A stretch of DNA of 63,977 nucleotides, the filler included, from Catajapyx aquilonaris (Eukaryota), in the NCBI GenBank assembly GCA_000934665.2. It is 2 parts of 2 records of this genome, joined end to end, with 100 filler letters (N's around TTAATTAATTAA, not from the genome) between each part and the next. Parts side by side here need not be neighbours in the genome. Positions count along the whole stretch, not along the records: positions 32,046 to 63,977 come from JYFJ02004476.1; 1 more part is not named here. One strand, 5' to 3'. Below the pieces are notes generated by a model. It did not search any database and had not been told where the DNA came from. It worked only from the letters and a program-made list of their open reading frames with translations. This document shows positions 37,668 through 51,511 of the stretch, one piece after another (the first letter of the stretch is position 1; each line of letters opens with the position of its first letter). Position numbers and translations under genes: made by a program.

Positions 37668-39807
37668 GAAGACCTCGGGGGAATAACTATCAAGGTCTAC
37701 CTCAGGTGAAACGGAGACATTCCAATTTTAAATTTCGAAGGTCCATAAGGTTCTATTGTAAATCTCACTTTCGGGGAATTCCATTGTGACCTATGGCCAT
37801 AACTCCACAACCACGACCAACCCATCATATTCTACACTTCGGGTGGTTCCATTTCAGATCAGCCAGTGAGTGAAAAAAGGTGTCAGGTCATAGTCATCGA
37901 TTTTTTTGAAAAAAATATATGTGAAACCCACATCCAATTGAACTCTTATGGAGCAATCAGTTTTACTAGATTAAATTTAGTTATCAAGATATTAATATTT
38001 CTTTGAAGGGGTACCAAAATCACAATAACGCGAAGAGGCACTTTTTCCCGCTTTTTCCATTGCTTTCAATGAGGATATCTCGGGAACTGTTCTGAGAACC
38101 AACATGAAATTTAAAACTCATGCTTTTGGAATAACACACTGTCATTTAATGCATAAATTTACTCTATTTAATGGTACAGTCACCTGCAAAAAAATCACCA
38201 ATCTTGCATATTTTGGTCAAAATGCGCATATTTCGCAATTTATTACGCCGTTATGGTAAACATGACGGTTGTGCTGATTATATTTTGTGATATACTCGGC
38301 GACAACCTCCAGGCTATGAAATAAAACCTTCGTTAGCTCCGCGTGTAGTTGAGATATGAGAGGTGAAAATATGGCAACAAGCGAAAACATGCATATTTCA
38401 AAAATGATTTTCTCAAAAAAGCCATTTTTAATTTTTTATTTTAATTTTTTATTTTAAAATTAACTGGTGTCAATACCCCGTATATATTTTTTATACGTGA
38501 GATACAAATTTTTGTAATGTCACAACTTTCGTAATTGTGCTACGAAATGGACAATTCAAATAAATATTTTCTCGAAGAAGCCATTTTGAAGATTTTATTT
38601 TTATTTTATATTTTACAAGGACGGACATGTTATAAAATTAAGTAGTGTCAAAACCCGGTATGTATTTCTTATACGTGAGATATAAATTTTTTGTGCTACA
38701 ATATGCACACTTAAAATAAACATTTTCTCGAAGAAGCAATTTTGAAATTTTAATCGTTGTTTTTTGTATAACAAAGTAGCATGAGTTCGATTATAAAATT
38801 ATATCAAAATTCGGTATATATTTGTATTCAGTGAGACAAAAATTACCACTGTAAAAAAAAATCGTGTCTCACTTAATACAAATATATACCGAATTTTGAT
38901 ATAATTTTATAATCGAACTCTACTTTGTTATACAAAAAATAACGATTAAATTTTCAAAATTGCTTCTTCGAGAAAATATTTATTTTAAGTGTGCATATTG
39001 TAGCACCATATATTACAAAAATTGTGACTTTACACAAATTTATATCTCACGTATAATAAATATATACCGGGTTTTGACACTACTTAATTTTATAACATGT
39101 CCGTCCTTGTAAAATAAAAAATAAAAATAAAATATTCAAAGTGGCTTCTTCGAGAAAATAATTTTTGAAATATGCATGTTTTCGCTTGTTGCCATATTTT
39201 CACCTCGCATATCTCAACTACACTAGGAGCTAACGAAGGTTTTATTTCATAGCCTGGAGGGGGTCACCGAGTATATCACAAAATATTATCAGCACAACCG
39301 TCACGTTTACCATAACGGCGTAATAAATTGCGAAATATGCGCATTTTGACCAAAATATGCAAGATTGGTGATTTTTTTGCAGGTGACTGTACCATTAATA
39401 GAGTAAATTTATGCATAAAATGACAGTGTGTTATTCCAAAAGCATGAGTTTAAAATTTCATGTTGGTTCTCAGAATAATTCTCGAGATATCCTCATTGAA
39501 AGCAATGGAAAAAGCGGGAAAAAGCGCGTCTTCGCGTGATTGTGATTTTGGTACCCCTTCAAAGAAATATTAATATCTCGATAACTAAATTTAATCTGGT
39601 AAAACTGATTGCTCCATAAGAGTTCAATTGGATGTGGGTTTCACATATATTTTTTTCAAAAAAATCGATGACTATGACCTGACACCTTTTTTCACTCACT
39701 GGCTGATCTGAAATGGAACCACCCACTAGTGAAAGTATCTTCTGAGATATTATGTAACATATTTTTGACAAAATGTGGACCTTGATCGTTCTCCCCCCGA
39801 GGTCTTC
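37668..39807. mobile_element. Outer MITE with ~34-bp TIRs and 4-bp AAAT TSD (Sola-like), hosting a nested foldback
   Basis: AAAT|GAAGACCTCGGGGGAATAACTATCAAGGTCTAC ... GTGGACCTTGATCGTTCTCCCCCCGAGGTCTTC|AAAT. A 4-bp AWWT TSD fits Sola1-type elements. Confidence 0.7.
37841..39724. mobile_element. 1.9-kb foldback (near-perfect palindromic) element
   Basis: GGGTGGTTCCATTTCAGATCAGCCAGTGAG... is mirrored by ...CTCACTGGCTGATCTGAAATGGAACCACCC. The arms match up to a short loop near 38840-38865. The left arm carries an extra ~170-bp internal duplication (~38400-38570). Confidence 0.93.
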
Positions 39808-40825
39808 AAATGTTCAGTGAAAATCAAGTGAAATTTCAGCACAAGGCATTGTTGTCCATTTGTTGATATCCTCCAAATAATGTCAAGTTAATGTGTGACA
39901 TTTTTGATCTATGCAATAATAAATTACCAGGCTTATGTAAATGAGAAGCAACACATGAACCTTCCATGGATTGATTGGGCAGTGATCCACGATAATTTCA
40001 ACTGCAAAGTTGTTCCTCATTGTAAGTCTTTCAATGAAAAATGAAGCTAATTAGTCAATGTTTGCCTAATCAGATTCTCAACCAAGTCAAATGAATTTGA
40101 AAATCATCACTTTGGATTTTTTTTCCAACATCACCTGACCTCAAAAAAGGTTTGGAGTTGTCGAGGATTTATGCCAATTTTTATGACAATATTAGCAAAT
40201 GTTCCATTTTTTAAAGTTGCTTATGGCTCACAAAGAGTAATCTCTCAAAATAAATTATACAGTGTGGCAACCTTGCTGTGCAATCTGGCAGCCCTTCAAA
40301 TGGGACAATTCAATGTTAAACCAGTAATTCAGACCATTAACTCCATCAATATCAATTTTAGTAGACCACATACTAGCTTCTGCTTAAAAATGGCACCTCT
40401 TCTATCATTTCCGTAAAAAAAAAAGATTTTAAAATGCTCATAAGTTAACACCTTTTGTGGCCATTTGAAGTTTTTAAAATGTTAAATTTGCAAACGCAAT
40501 TTGCAGTGTACTACAGTAATTTTTTTGGAAGTTGTTCCTGATAATATTATGTGAAAAATTTAGTGTCAGTATTTGACCATCTGGACTAGCAGATTTCCAC
40601 TTTTATGTCTTTTACCACATTGTCTATTGTCACAATTGTTCATTTTGTGAATGTACAAGGTTTAAAGTGAAGCACATAGCTGAAGGCAGAGCTTAATATT
40701 ATTTATGCAAACTAACTACAGACCTTATCAAAAATTGGTAACAGACGTTACACAGATTTTTAAAACTCACATTGCAAAATGATGCAAATCATCCCACTGT
40801 ACATTACCTCATGTTCACAACAATT

Positions 40826-41075
40826 GAAGGGGAGACAATGCAAAGGTCTTAAGTGCCAAAAAAATCCTGATTTGAGTTATGAGTGTCAAGGTATCCTATG
40901 TGCCATCGCCAATGTTGGGTAGAAGTCCCAAGTGCCAGAAAAATCAGTAAGGTTCTGCATTTGACCAGTAGATTGGGAGGTTGCCTATTTTGTTTTGTTT
41001 TGTTGAGGAGAAAGAAACATGCATAACTCAAAATCAGGGGTTTGGCACTTAGGACCTTTGCATTGTCTCCCCTTC
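40826..41075. mobile_element. 250-bp MITE with ~55-bp TIRs
   Basis: GAAGGGGAGACAATGCAAAGGTCTTAAGTGCCAAA ... TTTGGCACTTAGGACCTTTGCATTGTCTCCCCTTC, flanked by ATT on both sides. Confidence 0.8.
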
Positions 41076-41456
41076 ATTATTCCAAAATGAACTGCGATTG
41101 TTTATTCCCACCTAAACTACTACACTTCTGTCCAGAGATGCCCCTCTTGTGATAATGGAGAACTGCACAAGTAGTAACAGAGGCCACACAACTCAGGAAC
41201 ACCAATCTTTTAGCAGAAAATTAATACAGAAAATGAGAGAACTGTTTTGTGTAATATCGTGTTTACCATAGTATCTGCTATTGGGATAAAATGCTAACAA
41301 ATGCGACAATATTATTACATGCTAAATGCTTGACTTTGAATCCCACATATTCACTACATTGCACTGTGCTGTCTGTGTAACCTCCAACTCACCTCTTCGT
41401 GTGGATTCTGGATGCTGGATGATCCGGATGTGTGAGATGGGCAATACACAAGGTAC

Positions 41457-41529
41457 ACCAGACAGCACCAAGTACAGACAGCACCAAGTACAGTGTACAG
41501 ACAGCACCAGTACACCAAACAGCACCAAG
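41457..41529 (+). repeat. Short degenerate ACAGCACCA(A)G tandem repeat
   Basis: Four CAGCACCA cores within ~70 bp. Confidence 0.6.
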
Positions 41530-44500
41530 AGGAAAGGGGAAAGGGGAAAAATTAAAGATGGCGAAAGGACGCCATGGAGAGCGCATGCGCCGTGGAATGT
41601 CAGTCTTCATCTAGGTCCAGGTGGAAGCACCTACCCTCTCTATTCCCTCTATTCTTATTCGATCAGAGACCCTCTATATACTTTGCACGGTGTACTTTGT
41701 GTACAGGATGTACTAGAGTAACTGGTCAAGCGCTCATGAGGCTGTGGAGAAAAATCGTAGGTGGTAACAACCCCGGTCGGTCTTATAAAACAATTGACAA
41801 TAAGGTAGTAGGCGATTTTAATTTCGGCACGACACGACGTCATATCATTTCTGTTTGAATTGAAAGGCGGGTGCAGTGCGGGTTGCACTGAACAGGGCGC
41901 TCTCATGCTACCTGCGCAAAGTAAACTGTTCGCATGTGCCGGGGCCGTGCTTTGGGCCTCGGAAACTCCTCTTCATGTGCCCATGCAGCTGTGTACCGGG
42001 AAATGGCGGATGATGTTGAGGAAACCAAGAAGCACAGGTCTCTGTAGTACACTACAGGGAGGAATGACAGTACGTGAGACCGGTACATTGCGTGGCAGGC
42101 GAGATACGACATGTACAGTAGTACAGCACTGTACTGGCCGGATAAAGCCTGTGTACAGTACTGTACTGTATCGTACATCATGATTCATGATATGTGCCCC
42201 TCTTACCGCACGTACCATGGCAATGGAGGAAAACGTTCTGGACCGTTCTGTACCTTATTCTGGACACTTGCACTGACTTGTGAGTAAACCTGAGCAGCGA
42301 TGTAGCGGCTATCCAACGCAATACCACATTACCACCCACAGCATCTAGCTGAACACGATAAGAGGGGGAGTGACCAGACCAGACCTGTAACAGACTGGCA
42401 ACTATAAGCAACCATTATTCGCACGAACAGGGCATAATGGAGTCATTTGTTAAACTGGTTCAGTGAGGCCATTTTAAAGTCCTTACTAGACATCGCTTTT
42501 GGACAAGTCACACTGATTACCAAAATCGCTATTGTATTTAGAAAATTGCTGTCCCAACTTGAGAGGGATGTAGTGTCTCATACATAATTTTTACGACAAA
42601 ATACCAGGCGACTTTCAGACTGAGAATGTTCCTGTGCCTGTGTGGTAGAACATGCTGGTATCACATTTTCCAGACACCCTGTATATTTTGTAAAGAAAAC
42701 TCTTGTTTGACTTGTGATTTCCGCTGCTATTTTGATTCATTTGCAAAATTCGACGCGGATGTGAATGTTAACTATTACCGGTACTGCAATAGTGACTGAA
42801 AATTGGAAGACCTACACAGGCACGTGTTTTGCAGCACTGGATACATGTAATATTATCAGATAGCAAATAGCCTCGAATCTAACATTTTTCGAAAAATATG
42901 GACGGTTGATCCTGAATATATTTATGTGAACATCCAGCAAAGTACGCACCATACTTTCAGAACCATGTTTTCCCATAGTGGACTTGAATATTACAAGAGC
43001 CCAAAAATGAACAAGGCCGCCCCCATACACAAAAGTGGACACAGGTTGTTTTTTGGTGCGGAAGAGAGAGTGCAAGCGAACAGCTGCAGGGAGGCAGATA
43101 TCAGGCCAGCTACCACCGCATGAATCCCTCGCCCCGGGGCCAGGGGCATGGCCCGCCCATGCCCATAATGTAATGAATGTATGTATCTGTGGCACGCAAG
43201 CCTGGGCACGTTCCTTCATTCAATCATCCCTAGGTCCTCGTACAAGAGACCTTATGTTAGAAAGCAGGGTAAAATGCTGCCAGGGGGGAAATCCCCTACC
43301 TAAACGTCCAGCCACTGAAATGCCTTATCAACACTCCTCCACTCGGGGGGAGAGTTGAGGGGGGGGGGGGGGGAAGTCTGCAGTAGCCCAACCCTCAAGC
43401 CTGCACGCCTCATGTAGTTTGCACTTAGGCTTTTTGCACCCAACACCCCCTCCTTAACCATACATCACTAGCCTTCACCGCTTTTATCTCGACTCCACCC
43501 ACTGACCACACCCATCACTTCCCCACGACCTCACACAATGTTACGTCTTACTAGTGTGTACGCAATCCATGTGGTATGGATTTTCTTAATAGCCTTCACC
43601 CCAAGTAGGGTCCTACTAAAGGAGAGGGTGATTATTGTGGAACAGCATCCACATCTTCGTATCATCCTCATAGTTCTTAGTCAACTAAATTATGCAAAGT
43701 CGTATGTTGGTCCTATATGCAAATTTCGTCTTGGATTGTCATAAATAGCCTTACTAGTGAACCAATTTTGCAACCCCGAGTAATATGGACGTAAGTGGGG
43801 TAGTGGGCCCAAAAATCTGAAAATGATGGTCCCTAACCTCTGCTGATTCAGGTCGCATTCATATTATTACTTCATCTTACAACTCCTAAAGGCTATTATG
43901 TCATAATTCACACACGCATGTCACATTTTTGCCATACAAGTTAGCTATATGTACAGTACCATAAACCCAAATGTTATTATAATGGCGTTGTCCTTATCAG
44001 TTGCATGCCATGTGATACCTTGTTCTCATATTTCAAGTACGGCAAGTAAAACTTTATTGAACGAATACTAGTCGCGACAACGCTTACTACTGCATATGAG
44101 TTATGTGGGTAATATTCAAAACTGGAATGCATAAGTTATCAACTGAGGACACATAATAAAGTATAAATTGAGCCCTGAATATATTTACATACTGTAAATA
44201 TATTCAGGGCTGTATGTATATTTTATGTACGTACGTAAAGTATATGTAAAGTATATACGGTATACAGTATATGCTTTACATATATACTTTACGTACATAC
44301 ATCTCATAATATATTACTCTTTAATAAGCAGGATAATCATCATAATATTGTACAAGTAGCCTATATAGCAGTATGCCTATCGCCTCCTGACCTAAATTTT
44401 AAACTATATAGGTACAGTATATAATAATGGTAATCATATCATTCTAGGGAATATAGCCTGAACGCTTCAAAACAGCCAATAATATGGCTAATGTCATTAC

Positions 44501-47389
44501 GCCAAATATGTAAGTGTGCCCTGTATAATTTTGTGGCACTATAGGATCATAATGATGTAAAATACGAGTCATCGAATCATCAAAATTATGGCAATTACCG
44601 CCTTCGCAGAGAGAACAAACTAACCAAACACCATTAATTGCTTCAAAATATGACTGGCTTGCATAACAAATATGGGTGGAAATATATTCCACGCACATTT
44701 TCTTTCAGCATATTTTATGCAAATGAGTGTCATACTTTTATATTCAATAAACACTGTTTTAACAGACAGCATGATAGGACCAAATAATTTCTATCCGCCA
44801 ATTTTTATAAGGTCCTATTGCCATTGTCAGTGCAACAATATAGTGATGCCATTTGGACCTTTTAAAGTCAATAACTACTTTATATGAATAACTATTTTAC
44901 GTATACGCCCCGAGGGTGAGGTTTCAGAAATATTATTTACGTAAAGTCGGTAGAACTTTTAGTTTGTGAATATATCGCTTTACGAATTAATTATCTGGAA
45001 GTAAAGAAGAAACATGAGTACATCTCACTTTACCTAATGAAAGCACTCCCGCTTGAAGACCTGAAATGCAAATATTAGTCATATTTGAATAATTTCGAGA
45101 TTGTGAGTTTGAAGTTTGAAGACTTCATTATCCTTTATAGGAATCCTTTTTCTGTAGGGAACTGTAATTGCTTCATAGCGGAAAAAAACACGCATCAAGA
45201 ACAATGCTTAACTCAATTTGAACCTAATTGTAACTTGGATAGTTCTGCATTTCAGGGCTTCATTTGTATCACTTCCATCGCTTCACAAAATGAGGCCATT
45301 AATTTGCCGCAATGACTTTCAATTTTTAATCTCATCGCCGCAACTTTTTTTTTTGTCATTCCATTGACATACTGTACGCCTACTGTACACAAACTGTTGC
45401 AGTTAGTGTCCGTACACTGAAATGCTGTAATGATGCTTGCGATAGGATACAGTGTTTCTACTGATAACATCGATATACGTTGTACTTGCAGGGCTGATAC
45501 CGCTGCCAGGTAATATTGCGGTTATGCCGACAAATGCTGCGGGACTGTTTGCTGCACACAGGACTATTTTCCCACCGCAAATAACGACCCTTAAAGAGCA
45601 TTACAGTGCGATAGCAACTGATGTAAAAAAAAAAGTGTGCTACTCTTTCTATTGCTCAAACACCAATAGAGAACTACTCTAAAAGTGAAAGCTGCCATAT
45701 ATCATGATTGAAAGATACATGGTTGTCACTAGCGTAAAGTGTCGTGCGCGATAGGCCAAATAGCTAATTACAGTAAAGCCTGTCAATGTCAATAACGGAA
45801 AAGGATTTGTTGCAGGATAGGTTATGGAGCATATTGCTATAATCTTTTGCGATGGTGTTCCTAATAATATTAAATAAAAAGTGAACCACAGTTTTTGCTG
45901 AGCCATATCTGGATATGAAAATTAACAATTCGCAAATTTGTCGAATGGTCACCGATTTGAATTTGAATTTTCCAGCAATGTTAGAAATTGCTCAATTTTT
46001 AGAGTAGCTTATCGTTCACTAAAAGTACTTCTGTATATCATAAATGACTGTCCCAATCATTTATGATATACAGTAGCGAATTATATAGGCTACTGTTTCC
46101 AGAGAGGGTTGTCCGACAACCCTGTCTGGAAACACAATGTGGACCAGTATATAATTCACACCTATTAATATAAATTTTATTAGACAATTTGCAACACTTA
46201 AATATTTCTAATCTCCTGGAATTGCCGCAAAAATAATAAAATAATCTCAAGTAGGCCTACTTCTCAAGTAATTCACACCTCTGTAAATATTCATGCGCAT
46301 CTTTCTTAGGCATCTTCGAGTACATGGAACAGTCTGTGCAGCCCACAAGTCATCGATGCCGACCGAGATTTGAGCCTCGTGAGTAATGCAAGCAGTAGTA
46401 AAGGTCAAATTCTGAAATATTCCAAAGTGAATTCTCTCCAGCCATAATGCAGATTCCAGGATGGGGGTGAAATGGTAATATGGCGACAAATCGCTTGCCG
46501 GCGACGCCGTTATTAATTCAGAATCCCAATTAGCGGCGAGATAAGATGATGTGGATAGGTACAGGCTGGGAGGGCTGGAGGGGGTGTGAGGAACGGGGCG
46601 GTCGGTGGCCTTAAGCTGGTGTAAAACTGGTCCGAATTAGGCCGAGCAGCTGCCGGCGCCCGGAATTACGCCCATTTCCAGGCATCCATTCCCATTATTG
46701 CCTTGTATCCCGCGCTTTCTCGCAAGAACCCTCCGCCCTGCATTACATAATTAAAGGCGCGCCTATAACTTAATTTGAGTGCTTTCTTTCTGCCCCAAAG
46801 ATGCTCTGCCAAGGATCAGCTCGCGGTAATGAACTCTGCTGCTGTTCCCTCACTTTCTTCTCTTTATTCTGCTGCTCTATATTGCCCCCTACCCTCTTCA
46901 GCAACAGAGGAGGAGGAGGAGCACACGTACTTCTGCTGTTAGAAGGGGGGGACCTACCATTCAGATTCACCTTCTTTTCTAATCACTCTCTCCCTCTCCC
47001 AGCCCTTTACAAAGGACAAGAGCCCATAATTAAGTTCAAGTGAACGAAAGCATTAGCATCCGCTCATTCAAATTAAATTTCATTCTGGAGCCAATTAGCA
47101 GAGTAAGTTACTTACTGTGTCAACAAGTTGCGCGAGTCATTTAAAGTCTTGCTGTACTTTGTAATATATGTCAGTAATTCTGATCAAGTGATGATGAATT
47201 TTATAAGTTAATTTGCACCAGGCTTATACATTATACATGTAATCGGCTGTCTTTCGTTCCATTTGTTTGTCCGAGCTGTCCGGAAATCCACATTCAGTCA
47301 CGAGAACCTAATCGTTCCACATAGCACTCGCTAAGGGTCATTTTTTTAATTTTTGATTTTTTGCTACCCCGTGCATTGGCTCTTTTAGG

Positions 47390-47720
47390 GGGTATAATTT
47401 TTTTGTATAATTTTGTTTTTTGTATAATTTTTTCGTAAGTTTTTGTATATAATTTTTGTACAATTTTCCATTTGTATATAATTTTTGTATAATTTTCCAT
47501 TTGTAGGGGCCTATATAATTTTGTATATAATTTGTATATAATTTTTTGTATATAATTTGTATATCATTTTTGTATATAATTTGTATATCATTTTTTGTAT
47601 ATAATTTTTTGTATATAATTTGTATATAATTTTTGTATATAATTTGTATATAATTTGTATATAATTTTTGTATATAATTTTTGTATATAATTTGTATATA
47701 ATTTGTATATAACTTTTCGT
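47390..47720. repeat. AT-rich TTTGTATATAA tandem repeat
   Basis: More than 20 copies of an 11-14-nt unit T(n)GTATATAA, next to the 3' end of a SINE. Confidence 0.92.
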
Positions 47721-47734
47721 ATTATTTTCAATTT

Positions 47735-47998
47735 TCTTCATTTTCCTGTGCAAGGAATCAAGGAAATTGGGTAAGGATAGGGATTTTCGGGGAGGGGACA
47801 CTTGTGCAGGTGCAATGTCGGATATTGGGTCGTGTGCAGTCCCCCAGGAGGTTAGGTTGTCAGACACCTCCAAGGTGCGGGTCAGAGACCCTCCCGACGC
47901 AGGTGAAAGGGAAATCCCAGACGGGGATCGAACCTGGGACCTTTCACTCAGCAAGCAGCAAGCCGAGACGTTACCATCTCGGCCACCACACCTCCCCG
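47735..47998 (-). mobile_element. tRNA-derived SINE, family 1 copy A
   Basis: Pol III A box TGGCCGAGATGG and B box GGTTCGATCCC, then a ~170-nt body and A-rich tail. Homologous to 51893-52137. Confidence 0.85.
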
Positions 47999-49977
47999 CT
48001 AAGGGTCATATGTAAATCTCCCTCATTGGTCCGAGCTGAGAATGGCAGGAGTATACAGAGAAGGATGATGCGCCATCTATGAGAAGAGTATGGACAATCG
48101 GGAAGCATTTTATCAATAACACTTCCGAACGATGCTCAAACGCAGTATATTTAATCCGCAATAATTTCCTAAAACCCGATGTATCACCGGCCAAAAAATG
48201 GCAGGTATCAACCCATATTTTCCCACCACAACCGCAAGCTATTCGCCTGGAGCCCTCCCAACTCATACATTGTGTAGTAACTCAATCCGCCTTGTGAGCC
48301 TCGCCCTCTGCAAAATAATTCAACCCACAGTAGCATGAAACTCACACCACACTATATTGTATGATGCAAATGAATTTTCAAGCCCAAAATGGTGATGCCA
48401 TATCGTTAGCATTCCAAGACATAAACCAGCCTCAAAACCAGGTGATATGTTAGGTTTTGGTCTAAATCCACCCCCCCCCCCCCACTTGAAAGTGGGCCTC
48501 TGTGTTCCCATGGCAGGACCCAAGTTGAGGGCACCCATTTTTTTCCACTGAGCCCTCCTTTTTTTAACCAAAAAAAAAAACCGTTGCTAACCTTTTAGGT
48601 CCGGGCTGAAAACGTGCCTAGCTCGGCATTGCGGAAGCACAGCATTTTTCAAGCAAACTTGCATTGGCGGGCTTAATTTAAGCACAAGGTTTAGCAACCA
48701 GGGTAAGGAAAAGAAAGGGAAGAAAAAAAGTAGAAGGAAAAGCGGCAGCGATGAATAAACTAAATCCCTTGCGCTAAGAAAGAAGAAAAAGAAATAGGTT
48801 TGCTAAAAGCTTGCTAGGACGCTGCAACAGCAATTAAGACTCGTGGGGGAAGCTACATTGTATAACTTTCCTCGCAGATATAACGGCAGGAAGGAACAAA
48901 TTTTTTGTTTTTTGCAAAGAGGTGGTGGAAAGAAAGTCCGTTTTTACAACAATTTTTTTTTAAAAATATATATGCTATCCTTGAGAATCAAACTGGTAGA
49001 ATTTATGCTATTTTTTTGTGTTGATCCTAGCTCATTTCCATGGGGCTGCCAAAACGGACCGCTTATTAGCATTTGAAATTTGCGTAGGAACTCACTGACG
49101 TTATTTTAGCCTATTACCAACGAATGGCTTCTGCAAACATTTCTGAATAACTATACCCAAGTGACATTCCTGCTAAAACATGAGAGAGCAGTAATGCGAA
49201 GTCCTATCCAAACATTACAGTTGCTGTCTATCATGATGATAATCGGGTAAAAAAAGAAGTTCTACAGTGCAGAAGTGGCGGGGAGGTATAAGATGATGAT
49301 CCTTCCTTCCTGCCTGGGAAACGTGGCCTTAGGCTGCAGATGGAAAGCAAGCGTGGCGGAAACATTAGGCTGCGAGTCTGCGGGCAAATGGAATTAGCGG
49401 CGCCTGGAGTAAGAGGGTCAACAGCAGATCCCTGGACGCGCCAATTAGAGACTAATCGGATCGGCAGCGCCCGGGAGAAAATAAGATTTGCTCGGATCCG
49501 ACGCCTTAGCAACGCGGGATAATCCTTCCTTCACTTCATCAACTTTGCCCTTCCCCCACCCGATGCCCCTTTTCCTTCATAGAGCAGCCAAGTGGCTCCT
49601 ATCACGCCTATCTACCACTCGACTTCTTTCCACTCACAGTTGGTAGCATGGTGGAAAGAGAAATGTGGGACAAGATAGTGTGTTGGCAGTTTTGTCGAGA
49701 GATGGCGGGGTACCTAGACACCCCCGCCATCTCTCGACAGAAGACGAAGCCTCCCTAGGCCTATAATGCCGTCACAAGGAGAAACACCCGTATCTTCAAA
49801 ACTAGTAAGGGTGAAGGTCGCTGGTATGCCCTGCACTAATCCCCTCTGAGTCAGGGGGGATTAGAACAGGGCATGCATGCGACTTTCACCCTTAAACCTC
49901 TTTCAAATAGATACGGTCGCATAATTTTATGCCATGGTCGTTGCAACCGGACCTAGGGAAACCCCCTTTCGTCTGAT

Positions 49978-50256
49978 CGTGCGATCGAGGCTCATAACGC
50001 GCTATCGAGGCTCATAACGCGCGATCGAGGCTCATAACGCGCGATCGAGGCTCATAACGCGCGATCGAGGCTCATAACGGGCGATCGAGACTCATAACGT
50101 GCGATCGAGGCTCATAACGTGCGATCGAGACTCATAACGTGCGATCGAGACTCATAACGCGCGATCGAGGCTCATAACGCGCGATCGAGGCTCATAACGT
50201 GCGATCGAGACTCATAACGTACGATCGAGGCTCATAACGCGCGATCGAGGCTCATA
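49978..50256. repeat. CpG-rich 20-bp minisatellite (~14 copies)
   Basis: Unit GCGATCGAG(G/A)CTCATAACG(C/T), head-to-tail with no spacers. Confidence 0.97.
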
Positions 50257-51511
50257 TAGTGAGGCCGTACTTGTTTTAAAGATATGGATGTTTCTCCTCG
50301 GGACGGCAATATAGGCCTGTGTATCATTGGATCACAACCCTCTCTGAGGAGTATCTATCTAGGGAGGTCAGATCACACAATGTTTCCAACCATGGTTCAA
50401 ACAACTTGTACAAAAAAATTACAAAAGTGGATCAGAATCAAGGCCTCATTTGAAAATTTCACAACCTCTAATCCATTATCAACACCTCTCATCCCTGGCG
50501 TAATGAACATAGTGAATATTTCATTCCGCAACACGGCGAGTTGGTGGTAAATCATGATAACGAGGCTCTGGCTCCGTTGCAAGCTGCACTGGAATCGACA
50601 TGTTGAAAAGTAAGGAGGTAAATCTCCTGCAATTTCCCCCCTTGTTACACCGAACAAATTCCTCCACTACTAATGCACTGGTCTCGTCATCCCCTGATCC
50701 CCTGGATTAGATTGATTCCACGTACACCTCACACCCTCTCTAATATCTACAAACACTGATAACAACATCTATGTCCATTTCAGCCATGCGGTTAGGCCTG
50801 AATGCTCCAGAAGGCCAAGGATGTATGACACAGTGCTTGGCTAATGAAATGAGAAATTCTGTGGCGAGAAGAGAGAAAGTCAGGTGGACAGAGCAAGAGT
50901 TGAAATGTAGAGTAAGCTTAGCGGAGACGGAGTTTAGTTGGTCCCAAGCGCAGAGGCTTAATGAGATGGCTTAGCAGCGCTTGTACTTTATCCGAGAGCG
51001 ATTTGAGGGGGTGGAGGGTGGCAATCCTTCTGGGGTCCGGGGTTGGGCCAAGTGTCTCCTCTGCGCCCAGACTTCCACCTTTAACGGAGATTTGCTGCCT
51101 CTTTTGTTAATTTAATTGCGCGAATTTCTCATCTGCATGATATATGGCGGACGTTAGCTTCCTTCGCGAGGAACGCCGCTCCGAATAATAATATCAGAAC
51201 CAGTCCACTAATTGATGTATTGTATCCTGCGTGGTTTTTTTTAAAACTTTCTTAACTCCTCCTTCCCCTTAGTGAGGGTCCCTCCCACCCACCCAACCTC
51301 ACCAATTAAGCATGGAATTCATTAGTCCTTTCTAGCTCTTTCCTTTAAATTTATATTATCTCCGCGTTTCAACGCCCCCTCCAACTACTTCCTACTGCTT
51401 CACTTCACTGGCCAATACCATCCAAGATACATCTACTACGAATCTACACTATTTGGTTTGTCAGCACATTTTGGTACGTTCAACTGAATATTTATTTATT
51501 TATTTATTTTA

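Noticed and set aside
44980..45315. Possible hAT transposase remnant (KFEDF...NPFSV)
   Set aside because: A single short motif in degraded sequence; too weak to call.
47511..47954. 147-aa ORF with KLYTK repeats
   Set aside because: Translation of a SINE plus an AT-rich tandem repeat.
47920..47998. tRNA gene (likewise 52065-52137 and 54065-54140)
   Set aside because: A and B boxes are present, but there is no proper cloverleaf and each head is followed by a SINE body and A-rich tail.
49978..50256. CRISPR-like array
   Set aside because: Head-to-tail units without unique spacers, eukaryotic context, no cas genes.
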